The notes beneath the pieces are model-generated. The model did not search any database and was not told the DNA's origin. It worked only from the letters and a program-made list of their open reading frames with translations. The position numbers and the translations under genes were made by a program. Below are positions 1 through 9,781 of a DNA stretch of 64,000 bases, one piece after another (within the stretch, counting starts at the first letter, position 1; each line of letters starts with the position of its first letter). The stretch is from assembly GCA_038230375.1 (NCBI GenBank), contig JBBRNJ010000033.1, positions 1 to 64,000 on the forward strand, given 5' to 3'. Source of the DNA: Polyangiales bacterium. GTDB lineage: Bacteria > Myxococcota_A > Polyangia > Polyangiales > Polyangiaceae.

Positions 1-1059
1 GACCGCGATCCGATCGCCGCGGTTGATGTTCACGTTGAGGTTCTTGAAGATGACGTTCTCGCCAAACGCCTTCGCGAGCCCCTCGGCGCGAAGCACGTCG
101 CGGCCGCTCGGCTTCTCGAACTCGAAGCGGATGAACGGACGCACCAGGCTGGTGCGCTTCACGCCGCGCGACTGGACCTCGTCCTTGAGCTTCTCGATCT
201 GCTTCAGACGCGACTGCGCCTGGCTGGACTTGGAGGCGTGCGCGCCGAAGCGTTGCACGAAGCCCTGCAGCTCCTCGATCTTCTTCTTGGCGGAGCTGTT
301 CTGTGCGTCGGCGCGCTGCTTGTTCTCGTACTTCGCCTCGACGAAATCGCCGTAATTTCCCGTGTAGACTGTGATCGTCTGGTAGTCGACGTCGGCGATG
401 TGCGTGGCCGTTTCGTTCAGGAAGTGACGGTCGTGGGAGATGACGACGAGCGTTCCCTTGTAGCTGATGAGGAACTTCTCGAGCCAGCGGATGCTGTCGA
501 GGTCCAGGTGGTTCGTGGGCTCGTCCAGGAGCAGCACGTCCGGCTTGCCGAAGAGCACCTGAGCGATGAGGACCCGCAGCTTGTAGCCCGCGGCCAGCGT
601 GCTCATCTTCTTCTCGTGCTGCGTGGCGGGGATGCCCAGGCCCAGCAGCAGCTCCGCCGCCTCGCCCTCGGCCATGTAGCCGTCCTCCTCGGCGAAGACG
701 CCCTCGAGCTCGCCCAGGCGCACGCCGATCTCGTCCGTGACCTCGCCAAGAAGGAGCTTCTCCTTCTCCTGCATCGCGTCCCAGAGGTTCTTGTTGCCCA
801 TCATGACGGCGTCGATGATGCGCTGCTCGTCGTACTCGAAGTGATTCTGCTTCAGCACGCCCAACCGAGCCGTGCCGGGCATGGAGATGCTGCCCTGATC
901 AGTTTCCTCGTCCCCGCCCAGGATCTTGATGAGGGTCGACTTGCCCGCGCCGTTGGCGCCCACGAGCCCGTAGCGCTTGCCCGGGTCGAACTGCATGCTG
1001 ACGTTCTCGAAGAGAATCTTCGGGCCAAACCGCTTCGTGACGTTGTCTAGGAGGATCAC
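1..1059 (-). CDS. ABC-F family ATP-binding protein (3' part runs off the left edge)
   Basis: Read manually on the - strand from GTG at 1059: MILLDNVTKRFGPKILFENVSMQFDPGKRYGLVGANGAGKST (Walker A), LLLDEPTNHLD (Walker B), SHDRHFL, inter-domain linker, and start of a second ABC domain; no TM segments. Confidence 0.92.
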   Translation of the reverse strand, partial: MILLDNVTKRFGPKILFENVSMQFDPGKRYGLVGANGAGKSTLIKILGGDEETDQGSISMPGTARLGVLKQNHFEYDEQRIIDAVMMGNKNLWDAMQEKEKLLLGEVTDEIGVRLGELEGVFAEEDGYMAEGEAAELLLGLGIPATQHEKKMSTLAAGYKLRVLIAQVLFGKPDVLLLDEPTNHLDLDSIRWLEKFLISYKGTLVVISHDRHFLNETATHIADVDYQTITVYTGNYGDFVEAKYENKQRADAQNSSAKKKIEELQGFVQRFGAHASKSSQAQSRLKQIEKLKDEVQSRGVKRTSLVRPFIRFEFEKPSGRDVLRAEGLAKAFGENVIFKNLNVNINRGDRIAV

Positions 1060-1101
1060 GGCGGCGGAAATAGCACAGGTGGGGTACACTCGCAGGTCTA
1101 C

Positions 1102-4100
1102 GTGCGCGACGCGTCCTTCTACGTAAGCCAGCTGCTCGTGTTCCCCAGTGTCGGTCGCGAGGAGCGCCGCCAGCTGTGGCGCCAGGCCATCGCCTCGCTC
1201 GCGAAGGCCACCACGGAGGAGGGGCCGGGACCGCTCGACGGCCTGCACCCCGATCAGCTGGTCCCCGTCGCGAAGGTGGCGCTTGCGGACGGCCTGGTGG
1301 ACGACCTGGACTGGCTCGGGCCCGCCGCTGCGGGCAGGGCACTCTACGTGTTCGCGTCTGCGTTGCCGTCGGGGCAGGAGCAGCGCGAGCTACGGCGCCG
1401 CGTGGTGCCGCGATTGCTCACGGGCAACGCGGACACCTTCACGCAGATCGCCGCGTTGATGGCGCAGACCACGGGGAAGGGCCTGGGCAGCGCGGGCGTG
1501 CGTGCGCGCGTGGGCCTGGTCACGGAGCTCCCGCTGTCATTCGGCGTGCGTGATGGTGCGCTCGCACTGTCGCTCGTGTCGCGTCGCGAGCTGTGTCGCG
1601 AATGGGTCGTCGAGCCGTCCACGAAGTCGCTCCCCGCGCGAAGGCTCGCCGCCCGTATCCTGGAGCGCGCCGCGCGCGAGGCCGCACGCCGTGCGTCGCA
1701 AGGCGATCTCCACGCCATCCGCGTGCTCGAGGGCGAGGCGCTGGCGCCCACCTTGCGACGCCTCCTGTTCGATCGCGAGTCGCTCGTGTGGCGACACGTG
1801 GCGGTCGCGCGCGGGCTCATCTGTCCGTGGTCGGAGAAGACCAACGACGAGGTTGAGTCCTGGCTCTCGCTCGAGCTCACGCCCACGGAATGGCGTCGCG
1901 CTGCCACCAGCGTCGCTGCGCTCACCGCCGTTGCGCCAGAGCGCGCATTGTCGCTGCTCCAGAACGTGTCTCGTGCGGGCCTCTTCGCGAAGGATCCGGG
2001 CGTCTCCCAGGGCTTTGCATGGGGCATCCCTCGCGCTGCCGAATCCGAGCCCGACGCCACGAGCGAGTTCCTGGGCATGCTCTTCCCCAGCTCCGGGTTC
2101 GACATCGCGGAGGCGCTGATCGACGCGCGTGCGGAGCTCGGCTCTTCGCCCATCAGCGACGAGATCAGCGAGCTCTTCAACGCGCGCTTCGGTGGCAGCA
2201 AGAGCCCGTCCGCTGGCGCCGACGACGGGCTCGCCGCGCTCCGCGACGAGATCACGCGTGACCTCTCGCTGGCGTCGCGGTCGGATCAGCCGCTCCGTCT
2301 TGGGATCAACCGCGCGCTCGTGGCCTTCGCGCAGGAGGGCGCGCCGCAGGCGTATGCCGTCGTCAAGGATGTCGTGGACGCCGTCCTCGTGCAGATCGGC
2401 AAGCTGGAGTCGCTCAGCCCGGAAGAGGAGGACCTCGAAGGCAACGCGGGCCAGCAGGCGCGTCGCTCCTCCCTGGCTGCGCTGCGCGACCTGGATGCAA
2501 GCCTGCTCGAGCGCAGCGTCGTCGGCCAGCTGGTGAAGCTCGGCACCAAGGAAGCGGACATCAAGGCGGCAGAGGAGCGCATCGATCAGATCCGCGAGCG
2601 TGGCTGCGAGTGGATCGCGTCCCGCGAGATGCCGCGCGAGTCCAAGAAGCCCGCAGACGCCGTGGGCAAGAACATCACGCTGCACATGCGGCGCCTCCGC
2701 GCGCTGCTCCACATCGTCGACGGTGACATCGACGTGGAGGACGACCAGGCGCGGAGCGACAGGCTCCGGGCGCGCTGGGTCAAGACCGCGAGCGAGATCG
2801 TCGCGCATTTCGGGCGAAATCCGCCCCCGGCGCTGCGCCGCATGCTGCTCGCCACGCTTGCGCGCGCGCTGGATGCGCTGATCCGCGTCGATGCGTGCGA
2901 CGTCGCCGACGCGTTCCTGATGCTCGCGCTCTCGATGGAGGACGTGAGCTCGTTCGAGGCGCTCGCCGAGGCCTCCATGGACCTCGACCTGTCACACGTG
3001 CTCTCCGCCTACGCACGCTTCCTGCGTACGTGCGCGCCGCTGCTGCGCGGTGATCGCGCACGCCTCGCTGGGCCCGCGGCGGACGCGGTGCTCGCCTCGC
3101 TGTCACGGCTCTCCGGGGAGCTCTCACCCGAGGCATCCTCGCGCTCGGAGGCGCTGCGCACGGTCCTCCTGCGCTTGCACCAGGCGCTCAGCGCCATGTC
3201 GAACACGACCGGCCTGCGTGCGCTGTCATCCAACGGCGCGTCCGAGCCCGACATCGTCATCGCAGCGGAGGCGTGGATGAACGCGCTGACGCAGATGTCC
3301 AAGGGCGCGCGCACGCGCCTCGAGCCGGGCTATCTTCCTTCGCCGCCGATCTCCGTGCGCCCCGTCTCCATTGCCGTGTCGCGTGTGCTGGCAGGCGTGG
3401 AGCCGGACCTGACGGAGCCCGTACTGGAAGAGGCCGCGCGCGCGGTCGCGGTCGACGTGCCACGCGCATTCGCATGGCTCTTCCTCGGCGTGGTGGGCTC
3501 GCTCGCGGGCCGGCCGCTCGATGCGGCCACGCCGGATGCCAAGGAGGCGCCGTCGATGGTGGCGCCTGGCCTTGGCGAGCAGCTGCCTGCATGGCTCCCG
3601 GCTCGCCGGATGATCGGCGGCTTCTACGTCATGCGCTCGCTCGGCGTCGGCGGCTCGGGCACGGTGTTCGTCGTCTCTCGCGCGGACGATCGGCACGATC
3701 CGAGCGCGGAGCGCTTTGCTCTCAAGGTGCCGGACTACACGGCGACCGCCGCACGAAGCCTGTCGGAGGCGGAGTTCATGCAGCTGTTCCGCGACGAGGC
3801 GTCCGCGCTGATGTCGCTTCCGGCGTGCAAGAACCTCGCGAAGTTCGTCACGTTCGACATGTCCGCCAAGCCGAAGCCCATCCTCGTGATGGAGCTCATT
3901 CCGGGCCTCTCGCTCGAGCGCATGATCGAGTCGCGCGCATTCGACATGAACAAGTGCATCTCCGTACTGGACGACGTGCTTGCCGGGCTCGAGGTCATGC
4001 ACCAGGGCGGCGTTGGCCACCTTGATCTCAAGCCCTCGAACGTGGTCCTCCGGCAGGACAGCAGCGGCGTGCTCGTGGACTTCGGCCTGTCGGGGCGAAA

Positions 4101-4479
4101 GGTGCGACCGGGCTGCGCCACGGGCCCGTACGGCGCGCCGGAGGTCTGGGGCGCAGAGACGTCGGGCGGCGCACCCACGCCCATGGCGGCGGACGCATAT
4201 GCGTTCGGGTGCCTCGCGTTCGAGGCGCTCACTGGGCGCACGCTGTTCGCGGCCCCGAACGAGGTCGCGCAGGTGGCGATGCACCTTGCGCACGATGGCA
4301 TGCCGGCACCCGTGAAGCGGCTAGCGGCGGACGCAAAGCTCGGCCTGCTCGGGGAGATGCTCTTCAACACGCTGCGCCGTGACGGACGTGCGCGGATGAG
4401 CGTCACGGAGACCCGACGGACGCTAGCGACGGTGAAGAAGAAGGTCGGCGACATGCCGTGGCCGATCCAGGTGGGGTAG
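1102..4479 (+). CDS. Ser/Thr (Hanks-type) protein kinase with large N-terminal helical region and C-terminal kinase domain
   Basis: LGVGGSGTV, FALK, HLDLKPSNV, DFG, GAPE, DAYAFG motifs in the last ~290 aa; start could be GTG 1138. Confidence 0.88.
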   Translation: MRDASFYVSQLLVFPSVGREERRQLWRQAIASLAKATTEEGPGPLDGLHPDQLVPVAKVALADGLVDDLDWLGPAAAGRALYVFASALPSGQEQRELRRRVVPRLLTGNADTFTQIAALMAQTTGKGLGSAGVRARVGLVTELPLSFGVRDGALALSLVSRRELCREWVVEPSTKSLPARRLAARILERAAREAARRASQGDLHAIRVLEGEALAPTLRRLLFDRESLVWRHVAVARGLICPWSEKTNDEVESWLSLELTPTEWRRAATSVAALTAVAPERALSLLQNVSRAGLFAKDPGVSQGFAWGIPRAAESEPDATSEFLGMLFPSSGFDIAEALIDARAELGSSPISDEISELFNARFGGSKSPSAGADDGLAALRDEITRDLSLASRSDQPLRLGINRALVAFAQEGAPQAYAVVKDVVDAVLVQIGKLESLSPEEEDLEGNAGQQARRSSLAALRDLDASLLERSVVGQLVKLGTKEADIKAAEERIDQIRERGCEWIASREMPRESKKPADAVGKNITLHMRRLRALLHIVDGDIDVEDDQARSDRLRARWVKTASEIVAHFGRNPPPALRRMLLATLARALDALIRVDACDVADAFLMLALSMEDVSSFEALAEASMDLDLSHVLSAYARFLRTCAPLLRGDRARLAGPAADAVLASLSRLSGELSPEASSRSEALRTVLLRLHQALSAMSNTTGLRALSSNGASEPDIVIAAEAWMNALTQMSKGARTRLEPGYLPSPPISVRPVSIAVSRVLAGVEPDLTEPVLEEAARAVAVDVPRAFAWLFLGVVGSLAGRPLDAATPDAKEAPSMVAPGLGEQLPAWLPARRMIGGFYVMRSLGVGGSGTVFVVSRADDRHDPSAERFALKVPDYTATAARSLSEAEFMQLFRDEASALMSLPACKNLAKFVTFDMSAKPKPILVMELIPGLSLERMIESRAFDMNKCISVLDDVLAGLEVMHQGGVGHLDLKPSNVVLRQDSSGVLVDFGLSGRKVRPGCATGPYGAPEVWGAETSGGAPTPMAADAYAFGCLAFEALTGRTLFAAPNEVAQVAMHLAHDGMPAPVKRLAADAKLGLLGEMLFNTLRRDGRARMSVTETRRTLATVKKKVGDMPWPIQVG

Positions 4480-4483
4480 GGCG

Positions 4484-4849
4484 ATGGCTCTTCCGCCCGT
4501 GTCGGGAGAGCCCGCAGCCGACGGCTCCGACTGCGTGGAATGTGGGCGGTGCTGTCATCATCCGCCCAGCACGGTGTCGCTTCTCCTTGCAGACGAAGCG
4601 CGCATGGGCGAGCCGCTCCTCACGCGGCTCACGATCGTCTACGAGAGGCCTCCGCACTTCCGCTTCATGAAGAACGATCTCGAACGGTGCGCGGCGCTCG
4701 ATCTCCGCGTGCCTGGGCAGTACCCCTGCGGGGTGTACTCCGTGCGTCCCGATGGCTGCCGCGACGTGGAGCCGGGATCGGCCGCCTGTCTGGAGGCGCG
4801 CCGCCTGGGCCACCTGGGCACGAGCACCGGGTTTCATCGCCCGCCGTGA
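4484..4849 (+). CDS. YkgJ/CxxCxxCC family Zn/Fe-chelating cysteine-cluster protein
   Basis: CVECGRCC ... CAAL ... CGVYSVRPDGCR pattern; 4 bp after kinase stop. Confidence 0.85.
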   Translation: MALPPVSGEPAADGSDCVECGRCCHHPPSTVSLLLADEARMGEPLLTRLTIVYERPPHFRFMKNDLERCAALDLRVPGQYPCGVYSVRPDGCRDVEPGSAACLEARRLGHLGTSTGFHRPP

Positions 4850-4876
4850 CTCTCCGCGTGGCGTGGCGAGAAGAGT

Positions 4877-5410
4877 TCAGTGGGCGGCCGGCTTCGGCGC
4901 CGCGGGCCTGGGCCTGCCTGCCGCACCGAAGACCATCTTCTCGAGCTTGCCGGCGACGTCCGTGGCGACGAGGTCGTTGTACGGTCCGACCGCCTCGCCC
5001 GCGACGAAGACGATCGGGAGCTGATCCTTCTCGCACTTCGCCGTGGTGGTGACGAACGCCAGGGTCGCCGGATCGTCGGTCACGTCGGCGAGCGTGTACG
5101 GGATGTCCTTCGCCTTGAGGAGCTCCTCGACGCGACCGAGCTCTCGCGCGTTGCGATCCTTCTCCATGTAGACGATGACCGGGGCCACGATGGCCGCGAC
5201 CTTCTCTTCGCCGCCCTTGTTCCGGAGCTCCTGAAGCTTCTGCGCGGCGGCGCGGCGGGTCTCGAGCTCGCTCTGCGGCGCGAGCGGCGAGCCCACGAGG
5301 CGGTTCAGGCGGCGCGCCATGTCCCGCGGGAGGCGCACCACAGTGAAGTCTTCCAGCTTCGTGGACACGAGGACCTTGTGCAAACCATCCGCGAGGAGAT
5401 CGAGCTTCAT
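4877..5410 (-). CDS. Glutaredoxin-like domain protein (no CxxC)
   Basis: C-terminal VIVY...ELLKAKDIPY..DV...LPIVFVAGEAVG.Y.DL......GKLEKM is a glutaredoxin-fold signature; start taken at ATG 5410. Confidence 0.7.
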   Translation of the reverse strand: MKLDLLADGLHKVLVSTKLEDFTVVRLPRDMARRLNRLVGSPLAPQSELETRRAAAQKLQELRNKGGEEKVAAIVAPVIVYMEKDRNARELGRVEELLKAKDIPYTLADVTDDPATLAFVTTTAKCEKDQLPIVFVAGEAVGPYNDLVATDVAGKLEKMVFGAAGRPRPAAPKPAAH

Positions 5411-5489
5411 GACGCCCGATATAGCGCTCTTTGGCGCCGGCGCAAAGCGCCAGGGCCCCCCACCGCCCGCGGGCCCCTGCGTCACTGCG

Positions 5490-6743
5490 TCACTGCGGGA
5501 TGACGGTGGTGAACGTATCGCGGATGGTGCCTTCGGTGTCGAGGGTCTTGCCGTGGAAGCCCGTGGCGTCCACGTCGATGATGCTCGCGTTGTAGTAGTC
5601 CCCCGCGGCCTTGCGGGTGTCGCAGTACGCGCGGCTCACGTTCATGTTGGGCGCCACGATGTTGCCGCCTCCGCCCGCCGACGTGACCCACGTCACGCCG
5701 TCTTTCTCGAAGCGCTCGTACCCATGCATGTGCGCCTGGAAGACCAGTGGGACCTTGTACTGTACGAAGACGGGCGCCCACGCGGCCTCTGCGGTGACGT
5801 CGTCGCCCGTGTCGCCGCAGGTCAGGAACGGCTTGTGGAAGAACACCACGCTGGCGCGAAAGCCGGGCGCCTTCGCGGCCGCGATGAGCTCCATGAGCAG
5901 CCACTGGCCCTGCGTAGAGTTCGGCGTCACGGGATCCTGTGTGTTGATGGACAGGAAGGTGATGCCACCAGAGGAGAAGCGGTAATAGCCGTCACCCTCG
6001 TCCGCGCCCGCTTCTCCGAAGAAGCGAAGCGTGTATTGTGCATATTCGTCCGGCTTCTCGAGCTCGTGGTTGCCGATGGCCGCCTGGAACGCGCCGGCGC
6101 GGCGGAGCAGCGGCGCCATCAGCGGGAACCATGCAGCCCACGTCTCCAGCGTGGACTCGTAGTACTGGATGTCGCCGCCGTGCAGCGTGAAGTCTGGCGC
6201 GTACGGCAGCACGTGCGCGAGGACCTGCGTGGTGTGATTGCCGAGCGTGGGGTTCGTGTCGCCGATGACAAGGAACCGGAATGGATCGCCCGCCTTGCGT
6301 GCGGTGCAGAAGCGCGCTCCGGTGGAGGCGTCGGCGGCGAGCACGTAGGTGTAGCAGGTGGACGGCGCGAGCCCCGTGAGCTTTGCCTCGTGCATGTAGT
6401 ACGTACCGGCCCAGTCCTTGGGCGTGTTCGGGGCGAGCGGCGCGCCGTAGGTGTTGTTCACCACGAACGCGGTCTCCGTGGACATCACGGTGCTCGCTTT
6501 CCCGTCGGGACCGGTCACGATGACGCCCGCGTCCGTGCCGGTGCGGCAGGCCTCCCAGCGGATCGTGACGCCGGTCTCGGTGAGCGCGATGGACCACGGG
6601 CCCTTGCTGATGCCGATGTCCGCACAGGTGAATCCGCCAGCGTCAACTGTGTCGTCCGTGGTGTCCGCGGGCGGCTCGGACGAGCTCTTGCACGCCACGA
6701 ACGCGAGCAGCGCAAGCGCCGTGAAGGTCGCCGTGCGCCTCAC
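5490..6743 (-). CDS. Purple acid phosphatase-like metallophosphoesterase lipoprotein (FN3 + calcineurin-like domain)
   Basis: Lipobox FVAC; GDT, GGDIQY, GNHE, FHKP, AHMHGYER motifs; GTGA overlap with upstream gene. Confidence 0.88.
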   Translation of the reverse strand: MRRTATFTALALLAFVACKSSSEPPADTTDDTVDAGGFTCADIGISKGPWSIALTETGVTIRWEACRTGTDAGVIVTGPDGKASTVMSTETAFVVNNTYGAPLAPNTPKDWAGTYYMHEAKLTGLAPSTCYTYVLAADASTGARFCTARKAGDPFRFLVIGDTNPTLGNHTTQVLAHVLPYAPDFTLHGGDIQYYESTLETWAAWFPLMAPLLRRAGAFQAAIGNHELEKPDEYAQYTLRFFGEAGADEGDGYYRFSSGGITFLSINTQDPVTPNSTQGQWLLMELIAAAKAPGFRASVVFFHKPFLTCGDTGDDVTAEAAWAPVFVQYKVPLVFQAHMHGYERFEKDGVTWVTSAGGGGNIVAPNMNVSRAYCDTRKAAGDYYNASIIDVDATGFHGKTLDTEGTIRDTFTTVIPQ

Positions 6744-8353
6744 GCGCGATCCACGAGCGCGAGCTTGTTCTTGGCCATCTTGCCGACCTTGGTGCGTCCG
6801 GCCTTCTTCACGACCTCCTCGAGGAGCTCCGCGCCGAGCGGCTCGCCTTCCTCCGAGAAGTGGAAGCCCACGTAGTAGAGATCGTCCATGGAGAGCCCGC
6901 GATCTTTGCGCAGCGCGCGGGCAACGTCGAACCCGCGCCGCCTCAGCGCCGTCAACGCGCGAAGGGATTCGTCCGCGGCGCGAGACGCCGGCCGCGTGTC
7001 CTTGTTGCTCTTGCCGAGCTCCAGGATGGCGAGCTCGTAGCGATCGTCGTCCGTGGCGCGATCCGTCTTGGCGAGCAGACGAAGCACCACGGCTGCCTTG
7101 TCTTCGTTCTTTCCCTTGCGAAGTTTTCCTGCGAGCGCGCGGAGGGCCTCCGCAGTGCCATCAGGGTCGGCGTCGCGTACGACGTCCAGCGCCGCCTCCC
7201 ATCCGAGCTCACCGTCCCTAAGACGATCCATGGCCACGGCGAGCAGCTCCTTCCGCAGCGCGGGCGTCACCTTCTTCGCCATGGGACGCAGCACGTTGCG
7301 GATGGTCCACGCACGATCGCGATCCTTGGTCTCCAGCACGGCCCGTGCGAGCGCCTGCACCGCCTCTTCCTTGCCGGCGATCGCCTGTGTGGCGAGCTCT
7401 GCATAGCGCTTGTCGCTGGAGGTGACGATGCTGACGAGCGTGCGGCACGCATCCGGTCCGCCCAGGCGGCCGAGGTGCTCGATGACGAAACGCGCGCGCT
7501 CGAAGTCGGGGTGAGCGGCGAGCTTTGCAAGGCGCTTCGGTCCGTCCGGGCCCAGATCCAGGGACCCGAGCGTGTGCAGCGCGGTGATGGCGAGCGCCCC
7601 GTCCGGGGCACCGGCGCATTCGACGAGCGCGTCGGTGACCTTCGCGGAGGCCTTGGTCTTGGTGAGCGCGAAGCGGAACGCGATGATCGCCTCCTTGCGC
7701 ACGGAGGCATGCGCCTTCGGATCGCCGGCGTAGTCGAGCAGCATGGGCACGGTCGCCTCGTCCTCGAAGTAGCCCAGGATCTTCACGGCCGCGGCGATGG
7801 CGCCTGCGGAGTGCGCGGCCTTCTTGTCGTGCAAGAAGCGCTCGATCGTGGCCATGTAGCTCTTCTTCGTGCGTGCGTCCGCGTCCTTCACCTGCTGACG
7901 CACCGCGAGCGCAGCGCGCTGCGCCGCCTCGGGATCGCTTGATGCGAGGCCCAGGACCAGCGTGCCGAACGCGTCCTTGCCGCCCAGCTCCGCGAGCGCA
8001 GCGGAGAGCACCTGGCGCTCGTGCGGCGAGCACTGCGCCATGCGTGCCTTGATGAGTGGCAGCGCCTCCTCGCCCACGCTGGCGATGGCCTTGATGGCGG
8101 CCCTGCGCACGTCGTCGTCTGCCTTCTCGAGCAGCGCGAAGATCTGCGGAAGCACCTTCTTCGAGCCGATCTCCGCGAGCGCCTCCAGCGCGTGGCGCTG
8201 CAGGAGGGGGACGTCGCTCTCCAGGGCCTGGCCGAGACCCGCGACCACCTCGGGTCCCTTTGCCTTGAGCTCGCCGAGCACGATCGCCGCAGCGATTCGC
8301 TTCTCCAGCGCGGGGCTCCCGAGCAGCTTCACGATCTTCAGTACTTCGCTCAT
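6740..8353 (-). CDS. HEAT-repeat protein
   Basis: Repeated 'R..AA..LG.L / VR..A..AL..' helical units across 537 aa. Confidence 0.75.
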   Translation of the reverse strand: MSEVLKIVKLLGSPALEKRIAAAIVLGELKAKGPEVVAGLGQALESDVPLLQRHALEALAEIGSKKVLPQIFALLEKADDDVRRAAIKAIASVGEEALPLIKARMAQCSPHERQVLSAALAELGGKDAFGTLVLGLASSDPEAAQRAALAVRQQVKDADARTKKSYMATIERFLHDKKAAHSAGAIAAAVKILGYFEDEATVPMLLDYAGDPKAHASVRKEAIIAFRFALTKTKASAKVTDALVECAGAPDGALAITALHTLGSLDLGPDGPKRLAKLAAHPDFERARFVIEHLGRLGGPDACRTLVSIVTSSDKRYAELATQAIAGKEEAVQALARAVLETKDRDRAWTIRNVLRPMAKKVTPALRKELLAVAMDRLRDGELGWEAALDVVRDADPDGTAEALRALAGKLRKGKNEDKAAVVLRLLAKTDRATDDDRYELAILELGKSNKDTRPASRAADESLRALTALRRRGFDVARALRKDRGLSMDDLYYVGFHFSEEGEPLGAELLEEVVKKAGRTKVGKMAKNKLALVDRA

Positions 8354-8420
8354 GGCCAGAACTCCCCGAATTGTCTATTTCGCGGGATGAGTCGCGCTTT
8401 GCAAGTGTTATTCTGGCTTC

Positions 8421-9746
8421 GTGGCACTTGTTCCCCCCCGATACAACCCGGCGTTGGTCGCGGTCGTCCTGGGAACAGGCGCGCTCCTTGCGGCTTCCGC
8501 ACTGGATGCAGGATGCACCATTTACGACAGCTCGCTCCTCGTGGACGGCGGTGAGGCAGTTCCGCCCGGCGGTGGGGTCGGGTTCTGGTCATCGAGCGAC
8601 GGGCATGGAGGCAAGTGCTTCACGGCAGGGGCGCCCACCGGCAGTGAGCGTCCACCGCCGAGCGCCGCACCCGCGCTCGCGCCCATCTACCTGGCCATCC
8701 ACGACGTGCAGCTCGGCGCCCTCGACAAGGACGGCAAGCCGAACGCGAACGCGTGGAAGGACTTCGGGTTCGACCTGGACAACACGTGCACCGGCTCGCC
8801 CACGTGCGACACCACGGGTGAGCCCGCGGCCATCTCGTGCAAGCCGCCCACGGTCTCGGTCCCGTACGACGGCAACTACTGCCGCGACAACACGTTCGGG
8901 CGGCTGGAGTACACGGTCTCGCTCGTACCCGAGATCGTGAAGCGCTACGGCCTGAACGACGAGGCGTTCAACTGCGCGCTCTGCGTCGGCGATCGAAACA
9001 TCTTGATCCGCCTCACGGACTACAACGGAACCGACAACGACGATCACGTTCGCGTGGACCTCTATCCATCGCCCGGTCTCGAGAAGGTGCTCCCATGGAA
9101 CTGCGCCGACGAGAGCTGGCGCAACGAGCCGTGCTTCGCGCCCGACATGAAATGGACCGTGTGGGACCGCTTCCTCAAGAGCCCCCACGATGGGCCCGAC
9201 CTCTCCGAATCCACCACCGCTGACGACGCCGCATACGTGCGCGACGGCTACCTGGTCGCGCAGCTCCCGCCCGATACGCGCCTCTGGTTCCCGGGGAAGA
9301 ACGCCCTCACGACCGCGTACCCGCTCTACCTCCACAGCAGCGTGGTCACCGCCAAGCTCGGGCACGCTGCGGATCAGACGTGGATCGCCACCGATGGCAT
9401 CATCGGCGGGCGCGTGAAGGGCGACGACCTGTTGCTCGGCTTCCGGCAGATCGGTCTCTGCGAGAACGACACGAGCTATTCGCTGCTCCCGCAGTTCATC
9501 ACGCAGAACCTCGACATCTCGGCAGCAAGCAAGAACGATCCGAACTTGCCGTGCGACGCGATGAGCATCGGCGTGGCGTTCACTGCGACGCAGGCGGTCG
9601 CGGGCAAAGTGACGACGGCGACCGAGCTCGTCGAGTGCCCCTACGGACGCACGCCCGAAGGTGGCGTCCCGGAGGGAGGCGCAGTGGAAGCCGGCACGGA
9701 CAGCGGCGCCACCGACGCCGGCATCAAGGACGCGGGCGCTGGCTGA
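8421..9746 (+). CDS. Cys-rich secreted lipoprotein of unknown function
   Basis: Hydrophobic N-terminus ending DAGC, GFDLDNTCT motif, low-complexity DAG/EGG tail; GC-type codon usage. Confidence 0.75.
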   Translation: MALVPPRYNPALVAVVLGTGALLAASALDAGCTIYDSSLLVDGGEAVPPGGGVGFWSSSDGHGGKCFTAGAPTGSERPPPSAAPALAPIYLAIHDVQLGALDKDGKPNANAWKDFGFDLDNTCTGSPTCDTTGEPAAISCKPPTVSVPYDGNYCRDNTFGRLEYTVSLVPEIVKRYGLNDEAFNCALCVGDRNILIRLTDYNGTDNDDHVRVDLYPSPGLEKVLPWNCADESWRNEPCFAPDMKWTVWDRFLKSPHDGPDLSESTTADDAAYVRDGYLVAQLPPDTRLWFPGKNALTTAYPLYLHSSVVTAKLGHAADQTWIATDGIIGGRVKGDDLLLGFRQIGLCENDTSYSLLPQFITQNLDISAASKNDPNLPCDAMSIGVAFTATQAVAGKVTTATELVECPYGRTPEGGVPEGGAVEAGTDSGATDAGIKDAGAG

Positions 9747-9781
9747 CCTACCGCCAGGCGAGCTCTCCGCCGGGCTCCGCG

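Noticed and set aside
238..1050. 270-aa + strand ORF and the many other long antisense or alternate-frame ORFs in the track
   Set aside because: Shadow ORFs caused by high GC; each overlaps a motif-supported gene (here ABC-F on the - strand)
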